Shown here: positions 9,298 through 18,429 of the stretch, in pieces | Position numbering within the stretch: the first letter of the stretch is position 1 | Layout: each line of letters opens with the position of its first letter | Source of the DNA: an uncultured Spirochaetota bacterium | Lineage (GTDB): Bacteria; Spirochaetota; Spirochaetia; SZUA-6; Fen-1364 | Length of the DNA: 64,000 nucleotides | Assembly (NCBI GenBank): GCA_963745235.1 | Contig: CAVUXE010000058.1 | Span: 64,001-128,000, forward strand | Reading direction: 5' to 3' | Notes under the pieces: generated by a model | What the model was told of the DNA's origin: nothing | Seen by the model: only the letters and a program-made list of their open reading frames with translations | Database searches by the model: none | Program-made: the position numbers and the translations under genes

Positions 9298-9922
9298 AGT
9301 GGAAAGCCGCCTCCACGACACACCGGGGAAGGTCGAAGACCCTTTGCGCGCAGTCAAGGATGACGGAATCCGACGAAGCGACGATGCCCGCGTAGGTCTT
9401 CAGCGGGTAGTCTGCCGTGTGCTCGAGGGTCACGAGGGAAGGGACGCCGAGGGGAGCCAGCCGTTCGCGGACCTCGGACGCCATGAGGGCTGAAAACGCA
9501 ATGGGAGAATCGAGAAACACGTCCAGGCGTTCAGGAGCCAGTGCCTGCAGCGAATGAAGGATCGCGATGAAGGCCCTGTCCGTCAGGGCAGAGCGCCGAT
9601 AGCTGCCGTGCGTCGCCGAAGAGTCCCGGGTGACTCCATCGTCCGAGATGAACAGGGGGGATCCTCGAAGAAAGCTTTCCACCGTGATGAGGACATTGTA
9701 CCAGTCGATTCCAAGGCTTTGTCCTTTCAGAGCCGTCGGGGGGAGAAGCTTGCGCTTCCGAGTGAAAGCGATCGACTCTTGAATCACTCCGCGAAAGAGT
9801 GTATTGCGCTCGATTCGCGAGAGTCGGTGCCTGTCTCCGACGAGCTTGAGCGACGCCTTTTCCGGATATCCCCTTTCGCGGAGGTACCTGTACTCGGTGA
9901 GAGCATTCTCAAATTTTCTCAT
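9212..9922 (-). CDS. DUF434-domain protein
   Basis: RYLRERGYPEKASLKLVGDRHRL, IDWYNVLITVES, DDGVTRD, VASSDSVILD. The 3' end overlaps recX convergently. Confidence 0.75.
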   Translation of the reverse strand: MRKFENALTEYRYLRERGYPEKASLKLVGDRHRLSRIERNTLFRGVIQESIAFTRKRKLLPPTALKGQSLGIDWYNVLITVESFLRGSPLFISDDGVTRDSSATHGSYRRSALTDRAFIAILHSLQALAPERLDVFLDSPIAFSALMASEVRERLAPLGVPSLVTLEHTADYPLKTYAGIVASSDSVILDCAQRVFDLPRCVVEAAFHFTPPSLAGLPSSFPKVFGQLSGSENPGT

Positions 9923-9971
9923 TGACATTATGGATATAATTGGTATACTGAGTAATATAGAGAATTGACAA
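9922..9971. promoter_or_regulatory. AT-rich overlapping divergent promoters
   Basis: Plus strand: TTGACA(9922)-16-TATACT with extended TG. Minus strand: TTGTCA(9971-9966)-18-TATACC. A second TTGACA sits at 9965. Confidence 0.6.
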
Positions 9972-10003
9972 ATGCGCTGGGCATTATTGAAAGGATAGCA
10001 GAC

Positions 10004-10633
10004 GTGGCGAAAAAGGAAAAGAAGGTCCGCATCTTCTCGGCCCTGGAAGTTGCGGACATCTGCGGGGTTGTCAATCAGACAGCGATCAACTGGATCAAGA
10101 ACGGCTTCCTCAAAGCGTTCATGACTCCGGGCGGCCAATATCGGGTGTATGCTGAAGACCTGCTGACGTTCCTCTCATCACGGGGAATGAGAATTCCGGA
10201 AGAGCTGCAGGAGGGCGATGAGAACGCCGCCGACTGGCGGCGGATCCTCATCGTGGATGACGATGAGAACATCAACACCCTGCTCAAGAGGTTCCTCACG
10301 CGCCGACTGCCGTCGTACACCATCATGCAGGCTTTCGACGGATTCGAGGCCGGCAAGCAGATCACGGAAATGAAGCCCGGCGTGATCCTCCTGGATATCA
10401 GCCTCCCGGGAATTGACGGGCACAAGCTGTGCAAGAGGATCAAGGAAGATCCCGCGCTGGGCTCGCCGGTCATCATTGCGATCACGGGATTGACCGACTC
10501 CTCGCTGGAGAAGACCATCCTCGAGGAAGGCGCAGACGCTTTCTTCGCGAAGCCCCTGGATTTCGAGAGACTGTGCGCGCGCGTCGAGGAGCTCACCGCT
10601 TCGCGGGTGACCGCCGGCGATGCAAATGGCTGA
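10004..10633 (+). CDS. Response regulator with N-terminal excisionase-like HTH
   Basis: FSALEVADICGVVNQTAINWI...TPGGQYRV, then receiver ILIVDDD...ILLDISLPGIDG...KP. Confidence 0.85.
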   Translation: MAKKEKKVRIFSALEVADICGVVNQTAINWIKNGFLKAFMTPGGQYRVYAEDLLTFLSSRGMRIPEELQEGDENAADWRRILIVDDDENINTLLKRFLTRRLPSYTIMQAFDGFEAGKQITEMKPGVILLDISLPGIDGHKLCKRIKEDPALGSPVIIAITGLTDSSLEKTILEEGADAFFAKPLDFERLCARVEELTASRVTAGDANG

Positions 10634-11012
10634 CGCCCGGGTGATCCTTGTCGTGGAGGATGAGGACTCCATCCGTCTCACCCTGCGCGATTTCCTGAAA
10701 AAGAAGGGACACTCGGTCCTCGTCGCCTCCGACGGCGTCGGGGCCATCAAGCAGATCCTTGACCACCCCGTGGACCTCGTTGTCACGGACTACCGCATGG
10801 ACATCCTGGGCGGCGACTACTGGATACGGTTCCTGCGCAAGTTCTGCGGGGACAAGAAAGTCATCATCACGAGCGGCTTCCTCCAGCCCGAGTTCCCCAT
10901 TCCGTTCCCCGTTGTCTACAAGCCTTACGATTACTCGGACCTCGAGTCGCTCATCAGGAAGACCCTCGGCGAGCCTCCCGAACCAGGTGACGCGGATGGC
11001 GGCTCCGCCTGA
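10626..11012 (+). CDS. Single-domain response regulator
   Basis: ILVVEDE, LVVTDYRM, ITSG, KP. Confidence 0.8.
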   Translation: MADARVILVVEDEDSIRLTLRDFLKKKGHSVLVASDGVGAIKQILDHPVDLVVTDYRMDILGGDYWIRFLRKFCGDKKVIITSGFLQPEFPIPFPVVYKPYDYSDLESLIRKTLGEPPEPGDADGGSA

Positions 11013-11286
11013 GCGCCGGGGCCTGCGGGCCGTGGTGCACGGCCGCGTCCAGGGAGTCGGCTTTCGATGGTCCACTGTCCGTGAGGGCCGTTCCCTGGGT
11101 CTCAGCGGGACCGTCACAAACCGTCCGGATGGGACCGTGGAGGTGATGGCCGAAGGGGACCCCGCCCTGCTGGCCCGTCTCATCGCCTGGCTGGAGAAAG
11201 GCCCGCCGGGCGCCAGGGTGAACAGCGTGGATGTCCAGTGGCTTCCCTGGTCGGGCTCCTACAGCGGATTCGGCGTGGACTTCTAG
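10996..11286 (+). CDS. acyP: Acylphosphatase
   Basis: VHGRVQGVGFR, NRPDGTVEV, GPPGARV. Confidence 0.92.
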   Translation: MAAPPERRGLRAVVHGRVQGVGFRWSTVREGRSLGLSGTVTNRPDGTVEVMAEGDPALLARLIAWLEKGPPGARVNSVDVQWLPWSGSYSGFGVDF

Positions 11287-11342
11287 AGTCACTCTCTGAT
11301 AAGCTCCCCCATCGCGTGACCCGGCAGGTGAGGAGACGGAAA

Positions 11343-13175
11343 ATGTGCGGAATCTTCGGCTATGCGGGAGAAGGTGCGAACGCCGAGGTGCTGATCGAAG
11401 GAATCAAGCGCCTCGAGTATCGCGGCTACGACTCGTGGGGCGTCTGCGTCGCGTGCGACGACCAGCTCTCGCTCCTGCGGCGCGTCGGCAGGATCGGAGG
11501 CGTCGACCCCGCCGGGTTGACCCTGGGCGCGCACGGCCCGTGTGCCTCGGGCATCGCGCACACGCGCTGGGCCACGCACGGATCTCCCACGGAGGCCAAC
11601 GCCCACCCTCACGCGGACTGCGCCGGGAGGATCGCCGTCATCCACAACGGGATCATCGAGAACCACGCAGGGCTGCGCGCGACCCTTCAGGGCAAAGGTC
11701 ACGTCTTTGCAAGCGAAACGGATACGGAGGTGATCCCGCACCTCATCGAGGAGTTCCTGAAGTCCGAGCCCAGCTTCGCGGCGGCGTTCCTGGGGGCAAT
11801 GAAGCTCCTCGTGGGCGCGTACGGAATCGCGGCCGTGTACGCCGGAGAGCCCGGGACCATTTTCGTTGCCCGACACGGCAGCCCCATTGTCCTGGGACTG
11901 GGCAGGAACAGGACGCTCGTGGCAAGCGATCCCGCTCCGCTGGTGGCGCACACGCGGGAAGTCATCTACCTCGACGACGGGGAAGCGGCGCTTCTTCACG
12001 GAGACGGGTTCGAGACGAAGACGCTGGAAGGCGCTCCCGTCAGCAAGAGGGTCCAGCAGATCGCTTTCAGCCTCCCCGACATCGAGCGGGGGGGATTCCC
12101 GCACTTCATGCTCAAGGAGATTACCGAGCAGCCCGAATCCATCCACAACGCGTACCGCGGGCGGATTTTCCGCGCGGAGGGGACGGCCAAGCTGGGCGGC
12201 GTGGATGAGGGGCTCCTGCGGCGGGTGAAGCGCTGCCACATCGTGGCCTGCGGCACCTCCTGGCATGCGGGACTGATCGGAAAGTACCTCATGGAGACCC
12301 TCGCCAGGGTCCCGACGCAGGTATCTTTCGGGTCGGAGTTCCGCTACGCGCACCCGGTCCTGGAGCCGGACACCATGGTCATTGCCATCAGTCAGTCCGG
12401 TGAGACCGTGGACACCCTGGCGGGCGTGCGCGAGGCAAAATTGATGGGCGCGGACACCATTGGGATCTGCAACGTGGTGGGGTCCAGCATTGCGCGGGAG
12501 TGCGGAAAGGGGATCTACATCCATGCCGGCCCCGAGATCGGCGTCGCATCCACGAAGGCCTTCACGAGCCAGCTGGTTGTCCTGAGCCTGCTCGCCGTCC
12601 ACCTAGGCCGCATGCGGGGCCTGTCCCTGCGCGCCGGCCTGCTCTTCCTGGATGCCCTGGAGAAGCTTCCCGAGCAGGCGCAGGAGCTGATTGCGCAGAG
12701 GGAGCGGATCAGGGAGATCGCGCTGCGATATTCGAAGAATGACAACTTCCTCTACATCGGCCGGCTGTTCGAGTATCCCACCGCGCTCGAGGGCGCGCTG
12801 AAGCTGAAGGAAATCTCCTACGTCCACGCGGAGGGGGTCCAGGCGGCGGAAATGAAGCACGGGCCCATTGCCCTGATAGAGCCGTCGGTTCCCACCGTGG
12901 TGCTGGCCGCGCAGACGGAAATCCGCGACAAGATGATGGGGAACATCCACGAGATCCGGGCCCGCGGCGGCAGCATCATCGTGGTGGCCCAGGAGGGAGA
13001 CACCGAGGCTGCCTCCCTCGCGGAAGATGTCATCTTCGTCCCGAAGACCCTCGACCCGCTCGTTCCCATACTCTCCGTCATCCCGCTGCAGCTGTTTGCG
13101 TATTCGATTGCCGTGGCGCGCGGGCGCGACGTGGACAAGCCCCGCAACCTGGCCAAGAGCGTGACGGTGGAGTAG
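11343..13175 (+). CDS. glmS: Glutamine-fructose-6-phosphate aminotransferase
   Basis: MCGIFG, LEYRGYDS, HTRWATHG, SQSGET, VASTKAFT, PRNLAKSVTVE. Confidence 0.97.
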   Translation: MCGIFGYAGEGANAEVLIEGIKRLEYRGYDSWGVCVACDDQLSLLRRVGRIGGVDPAGLTLGAHGPCASGIAHTRWATHGSPTEANAHPHADCAGRIAVIHNGIIENHAGLRATLQGKGHVFASETDTEVIPHLIEEFLKSEPSFAAAFLGAMKLLVGAYGIAAVYAGEPGTIFVARHGSPIVLGLGRNRTLVASDPAPLVAHTREVIYLDDGEAALLHGDGFETKTLEGAPVSKRVQQIAFSLPDIERGGFPHFMLKEITEQPESIHNAYRGRIFRAEGTAKLGGVDEGLLRRVKRCHIVACGTSWHAGLIGKYLMETLARVPTQVSFGSEFRYAHPVLEPDTMVIAISQSGETVDTLAGVREAKLMGADTIGICNVVGSSIARECGKGIYIHAGPEIGVASTKAFTSQLVVLSLLAVHLGRMRGLSLRAGLLFLDALEKLPEQAQELIAQRERIREIALRYSKNDNFLYIGRLFEYPTALEGALKLKEISYVHAEGVQAAEMKHGPIALIEPSVPTVVLAAQTEIRDKMMGNIHEIRARGGSIIVVAQEGDTEAASLAEDVIFVPKTLDPLVPILSVIPLQLFAYSIAVARGRDVDKPRNLAKSVTVE

Positions 13176-13178
13176 GGT

Positions 13179-14439
13179 ATGGACGTCATGGGAAGCGAGG
13201 CCGCACCGGCCCGCCTGGTCCTTTTCGAAGATCACCTGCTGTCGGACATGAACCCCATAGCGCTGACGCGTCCCGCCTTCGCGGTGACCTGCGCGTGCGC
13301 GACCCTGTATGATGTGGCGGCGGAAGCCGCCGGCGTGCGTCCGGCCTGGGTTGTCCGCGGCTACCTCGCCGCGCTCGCGGCGCGCCGTTATCCGGCGAGC
13401 CCCCTGGGGGACGGGCCGAAGCTCTTCCTGAATGCATCCATCGTCCCCGACACCCGCTATGCGCAGAAGTTCTGCGAGCTTGCACGCTCGGCGAAGCCGT
13501 TCGTGGCGACCGCGGGTGAAAGGGTCTCAGCCGCGTTTGTTCCGGCCGGCATTCCCGTCCCCCGGCCCTTGACGCCGGAGAACATCACTCCGTGGCTCCT
13601 GGAGGCGAAGCTGCCCCTCCACGAGGAGGAGCTTTTCCACACCTTCGATCACCAGTTCGAGGTGGTGAAGTTCCTCGAGCCGCTTTTCGTGACGAACATC
13701 GCGCACCGGCTCGCGAAGGGGACCTACCGGGAGCTGAAGCCGGGCGTCTTCGCGGCGGACAGCGTCACCGTTGCCGACAGCGCGGCGTTTCACGTCAAGG
13801 AAGGACCCGTCGTCCTCGAACGGGATGTGGAGGTCCGGGATTTCACCTATTTCGAGGGACCCGTCCACGTCGGGGCAAGATCCCGCGTCATCGAAAGGGC
13901 CTCGCTGAAAGAGCACGTCTGCGTCGGGGAGACCTGCAAGATCGGCGGTGAGGTAGAGGCGAGCATCATCGAAAGCTATACGAACAAGCAGCACCACGGC
14001 TTCCTGGGGCATTCCTGGGTGGGCTCCTGGGTGAACCTGGGCGCCGGCACGAGCAACAGCGACCTGAAGAACACCTACGGCGAGGTGCGCCTGGAGTACC
14101 CGCACCGGCGCGTGGATACCGGGATGCAGTTCCTGGGCTGCATCATCGGCGACTTCGCGAAGAGCGCCATCAACACGAGCATCTTCACGGGCAAGATCAT
14201 CGGGGTCTCCAGCATGCTCTACGGCGTCCATCGGCTCCAATGTGCCGAGCTTCTGCAACTATGCCCGCTCCTTCGGGCAGATCACCGAATGCCCCGTGGA
14301 CCAGGCCATCCTCATCCAGAAAAGGATGTTCGCGCGCAGGGGGATCCGCAGACCCCGGAGGATGCCGAGCTGCTCCGAGACGGTCTTCGAGCTGACGCGG
14401 GCGGAAAGGCTGATCTCCGACGAGCCTCCCGCGCTGTAG
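13179..14439 (+). CDS. GlmU-like sugar nucleotidyl/acetyltransferase with left-handed beta-helix (frameshift near 14228)
   Basis: LFED...PIALTRP, KIGGEVEASII..YTNKQHHGFLGHSWVGSWVNLGAGTSNSDLKNTYG; adjacent to glmS. Confidence 0.75.
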
Positions 14440-14489
14440 GCAGACCTCGCCAGGGCCAGGGCAGCCGGGCAGGCTTTTCCAAAACGCCC

Positions 14490-14518
14490 TGTACAGCAGC
14501 TCCGGCGAGGGGTACAAT
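14490..14518 (+). promoter_or_regulatory. Promoter TGTACA-17-TACAAT
   Basis: Near-consensus hexamers with 17-nt spacer; predicted TSS near 14525. Confidence 0.55.
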
Positions 14519-14524
14519 ACTGAT

Positions 14525-14668
14525 TGCGCGCGGTGCCGCCACGAGCGCGCTCCCGCTGGCAACCGCAGCTTCCTGGCCGGCCGCTACCTCAACGGGCCTG
14601 CGCACTCGCGCGTTCCGGTGCCTTGACCGGGCCACCGCTGCGTGAACAGCGCGCGGAGCTACCGCGCA
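14525..14668 (+). ncRNA. Candidate structured RNA or 5' leader of unknown family
   Basis: Nested long-range stems running from the predicted TSS to just before the RBS (see findings). Confidence 0.3.
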
Positions 14669-14682
14669 GGGGAGGTGGGGGG

Positions 14683-14925
14683 ATGCGTGATGCCGAGAAG
14701 GTTCAGAGCGAGATTCTCAAGATCATCAACGATGACCCGACAATCGGGGGAGCCGACCGCATCGTCGTGAGCGTGGAAAAGAAGGGAGTGTGGCCGCGGG
14801 CAAAAGAGGTGATCATCCTCAAAGGGAATGTCCGCTCTGACAGCGACAGAATGAAAGCGGAGAAGGTTGCGACCATGCACGCCGCGGGGCGGGAGGTCGT
14901 CAACAGCATCAACGTTCACGTCTGA
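14683..14925 (+). CDS. Small BON-domain-like protein
   Basis: GGAGGT RBS; IILKGNVRSDSDRMKAEKVA...GREVVNSINV. Confidence 0.65.
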   Translation: MRDAEKVQSEILKIINDDPTIGGADRIVVSVEKKGVWPRAKEVIILKGNVRSDSDRMKAEKVATMHAAGREVVNSINVHV

Positions 14926-15335
14926 CGGGGCGGGCGTGCCGGCGTGCGCGGATAGGCTTTCACCGCCGCATAGACGAACTGGGCCAGGTCAGGATCCAAT
15001 GCGGCGGCCTCGCTTCGAAACGCGTCAGCCACCGCGTCGTTGCTGAACTCGCCGTCCGCGACCACCACGGGGGTCATCTTGGCGCGCCCCGGGATCTCCC
15101 CCGAGTCTATCCTGTTGTGCTGGTATCCGTGCTCACGGGTCCAGGTGACCGCCCGCTCCCGTCCAGCCTTGTCGTAGCAGAGCTGGAAGCCCCTCAGCGC
15201 TGCCAGGGAGCCAGCGAGGGAGCTCGCAGCGCCGGGGCTGTCGTACCAGACGATGAGATCGAAATACTCGTCCGTGAACCAGCGGCGAAACCCCTCACCG
15301 GGGATCTGCCGCGCGTCTTGAATTTCGGCTAACAT
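14916..15335 (-). CDS. Conserved hypothetical protein
   Basis: RQIPGEGFRRWFTDEYFDLIVWY...GFQLCYDK has protein-like composition; GAGG RBS. Confidence 0.7.
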   Translation of the reverse strand: MLAEIQDARQIPGEGFRRWFTDEYFDLIVWYDSPGAASSLAGSLAALRGFQLCYDKAGRERAVTWTREHGYQHNRIDSGEIPGRAKMTPVVVADGEFSNDAVADAFRSEAAALDPDLAQFVYAAVKAYPRTPARPPRQT

Positions 15336-15405
15336 TTCTCTTCGCACCTCGGTACCTTCGAGTATATCATGCCGGCCGAAAAGACAAAAAGCCCGGGATC
15401 GATCC

Positions 15406-15951
15406 ATGACTCATGAGGACCACCTCGCGCTGTTGAGGGGAGGGGTCAAAGCCGGAGCTGCCTTCTGGGCAGACCTGGGATCCGGCACGGGGGCCTTCAC
15501 CATGGCCCTGGCCGCGCTCCTGGGAGGAGAGGGGAGGATACTCTCCGTAGACAGGGATGCGCGGGCCTTGGCCGAACAGGAACGCGCCATACGCGCCCGG
15601 TTTCCGCGGCTGCAGGTGGAGCTGGCAGCGGCGGACTTCACCAGGCTGACCGGGATATCGGGTCTCGATGGCGTCGTGATGGCCAATTCACTCCACTTCC
15701 AACGCGACGCGGAAGAGGTCCTCCGCTGGGTGAAGGGCTGGCTCCTCCCGGCAGGCCGCATTGTCATTGTCGAGTATGAGGTCACGCTTCCCAACCCATG
15801 GGTCCCTTACCCGGTCCCCTTCAAGCGACTGCTCAGGCTTGCCGAGGCCGCGGCGCTCGGGCCTGCCCGTCTGCTGGAGACGAGGCCAAGCCGCTACCAC
15901 GGGCGGGTCTATTCGGCCGTCATGGAGAGATCAGAGGCCGCCGAGCGCTGA
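15406..15951 (+). CDS. Class I SAM-dependent methyltransferase
   Basis: WADLGSGTG, SVDRD, ADFT, DGVVMANSLHF. Confidence 0.85.
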   Translation: MTHEDHLALLRGGVKAGAAFWADLGSGTGAFTMALAALLGGEGRILSVDRDARALAEQERAIRARFPRLQVELAAADFTRLTGISGLDGVVMANSLHFQRDAEEVLRWVKGWLLPAGRIVIVEYEVTLPNPWVPYPVPFKRLLRLAEAAALGPARLLETRPSRYHGRVYSAVMERSEAAER

Positions 15952-15995
15952 GGCAAAAGCACCCAAGCCGACGCTATGCCCTCGCAGCTTCGCCG

Positions 15996-17153
15996 TCAAT
16001 CAACGCGCTGGTCGATGGGAATCCACGCGCGCGGCGCGGGACCCCGGTAGAGACTCTCTGGACGATAGATGCGGTTGTCCTTGCGCTGCTCCAGCACGTG
16101 AGCGAGCCATCCCGCCACGCGCGCCATTGCGAAGATCGGCGTGAAGAGGATCCGGGGAAGCCCCAGCATCGTGTAGACGGCGCCGGAAAAGAAGTCCACG
16201 TTTGGATAGATCGGTTTCCCTTTCTCCTCCATCCGCTCTCGGAACTGCCTCTCGATCTCCTTGAGGATCTCGTAGGAGCGGGGATCACCCTTCTTTTCCG
16301 CCAGCTCCTTGAGAAACTCCTCCATCACATACGAGCGGGGGTCTTTCACCTTGTACTCCCGGTGGCCCATGCCCATGACCTTGCGCTTTTCCGCCAGGGC
16401 TTTGTCCAGCCAGGGCCCCACCCTTTCCTTCGCGCCGATCTCCTCCACCATCTCCATGACCTTTCGTTGGCGCCCCCGTGGAGGGATCCGATAGAGGGCC
16501 CCCATGGCCGCGGAGATGCTGCAGTAGCAGGTGGACAGGGTGGATGCGACCACGCGCGCGGTGAAGGTGGATGCGTTGAACTCATGCTCCGCATGCAGGA
16601 CGAGGCAGCGTGTCCATGATCCTGCCCTCGTACTCCTCGGGCTCCCTCCGCGCACCATGAAGAGGAAGTTCGCGCCGTGAGACCTGTCCGCAAGGGGCGG
16701 CACGTACTGCTTGTTCTCGCGGGATCTCTGGTAGGCGGCAACCACGCTTGCGGTCTGCACGACCTGGTGCAGGGTGTCGCGGCAGTCGCATGTCGCCGAG
16801 TGCTGGATCGTGATGCTCCACGTAGCTCGACATGTAGGCCATGACGGACTGGAGCAGCTGCATGGGGTGGGCGCTCACGGGGAACGCGCGGATCATCTCC
16901 CTGATCTGGGTCGGGATGTCCCGGCTTGCCCGCATGCGCTTGCGCCAGGCATCCAGCTCGGCTTGCGCGCGGCAGCCTTTCGTACAGGAGGAGGTGCGTG
17001 ACCTCTTCGAAGTCGGAATGTCGCCGCAAGGTCCTCGATTGCGTAACCGCGGTAGTAGAGCTTGCCCTTCTGACCGTCGATGCGGGAGACGGCGGTCTCA
17101 TCCGCGATGATCCCTTCCAGCCCCTTGGAGTAAGTCCCGGTGTCCACGCTCAT
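15996..17153 (-). CDS. gltA: Citrate synthase (several frameshifts)
   Basis: YSKGLEG, KLYYRGY, LHAEHEFNASTF, LHGGANE, MGMGHREYKVKDPR, PNVDFFSG. Confidence 0.9.
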
Positions 17154-17167
17154 GGTGCATTCCTTCG

Positions 17168-18411
17168 TTATACTTCGATGAGGAGCCGCCAGGGATCCTC
17201 CACCAGCTCCTTGACGCGCCGGAGGAAGCTGACCGCTTCCTTCCCGTCGATGAGCCGGTGATCGTAGGTGAGGGCCACGTACATCATCGGGCGGATGACA
17301 ATGGTCTCCTCCGGCGTCTTCTTCCACCACGGGTCGTTTCTGAATGGTGTGCATGCCAAGGATGGCCGACTGCGGGTAATTGAGAAGCGGAGTCGAGAGC
17401 AGGGAGCCGAATACGCCGCCGTTGGTGATGGAGAACGTGCCTCCGGCAAGCTCATCAGGAAGTATCTTTCTGTCGCGCGCGCGTGAGGCAAGGTCCGCAA
17501 CGGCGGCCTCCAGCTGCGCGATGCTCGAGCCGGTCCGCTCCCTTCACAACGGGTACGACCAGTCCTCGATCCGTGGAGACGGCCACCCCGATGTCGAAGG
17601 TGTTGTAGTACACGATCTCATCGCCGTCGATGCGCGCGTTGACCATCGGGAACTCGGCAAGAGCGCGGCAGACCGCTTTCACAAAGAAGGACATGAAGCC
17701 GAGCCTGACGCCATGGATCCGTTCGAACTCCTCCCGGTACCGGCTGCGAAGGTCCATGACGTTCTTCATGTTCACTTCGTTGAAGGTGGACAGGGAGGCC
17801 GTGGAGTGCTGCGCTTCGAGGAGCCTTTGCGCAATGCGCTTGCGAAGCGAGCTCATCGGGGTGCGGGTGGGGGGCGTCGCGCCGTTTCCCGAGGAGGCGG
17901 GCGGCCTCTGCGCTGGCGCCGGCGGACGGGCAGGTTCCGGGGCGGCCGCCCGCGCGGGAGGGGCCGCCGGTGCGGGAGCCGAAGTGACGGCAGCCGAAGG
18001 GGCGGCTGTCGGTGCGGGAGGGGTGGCAACCGCGAGGACAGGCGGCGCAGCAGCCCGCGCAGGAGCGGGAGGTTGCGGCGCGGCAGGCATGGCCGCGGGT
18101 TGTGCGGAGGCCGGCGCGGTCCGCGCAGGGGCCGGCGTCGGCTGGGGGGCGGGCGGCTGAGCGGCCGGCTTTGACGCCGCGGAATCGATGTATCCGACAA
18201 CCTGCCCGATGGTGACCTCCGTGCCTGGCTTGACCGTGATGGAGACCACCCCTGCTGCCGGCGCGGGCACCGTCACGTTGGCCTTGTCCGTCTCCAGCTC
18301 CAGCAGGTCGCCGCCCTCTTCCACGAAATCCCCCTCCGCCTTGAGCCAGGAGGATATGATGCCCTGCGTCACGGACTCTCCGACACTGGGAATCTTTATC
18401 TCGAGCTTCAC
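17168..18411 (-). CDS. sucB: 2-oxoglutarate dehydrogenase E2 (frameshifts near 17350-17520)
   Basis: Lipoyl domain [40 protein letters not shown]. Confidence 0.92.
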
Positions 18412-18429
18412 TTCCTCACCTCTCCGCCA

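Noticed and set aside
11287-11342. glmS ribozyme upstream of glmS
   Set aside because: The intergenic space is only 56 nt and lacks the conserved ribozyme core.
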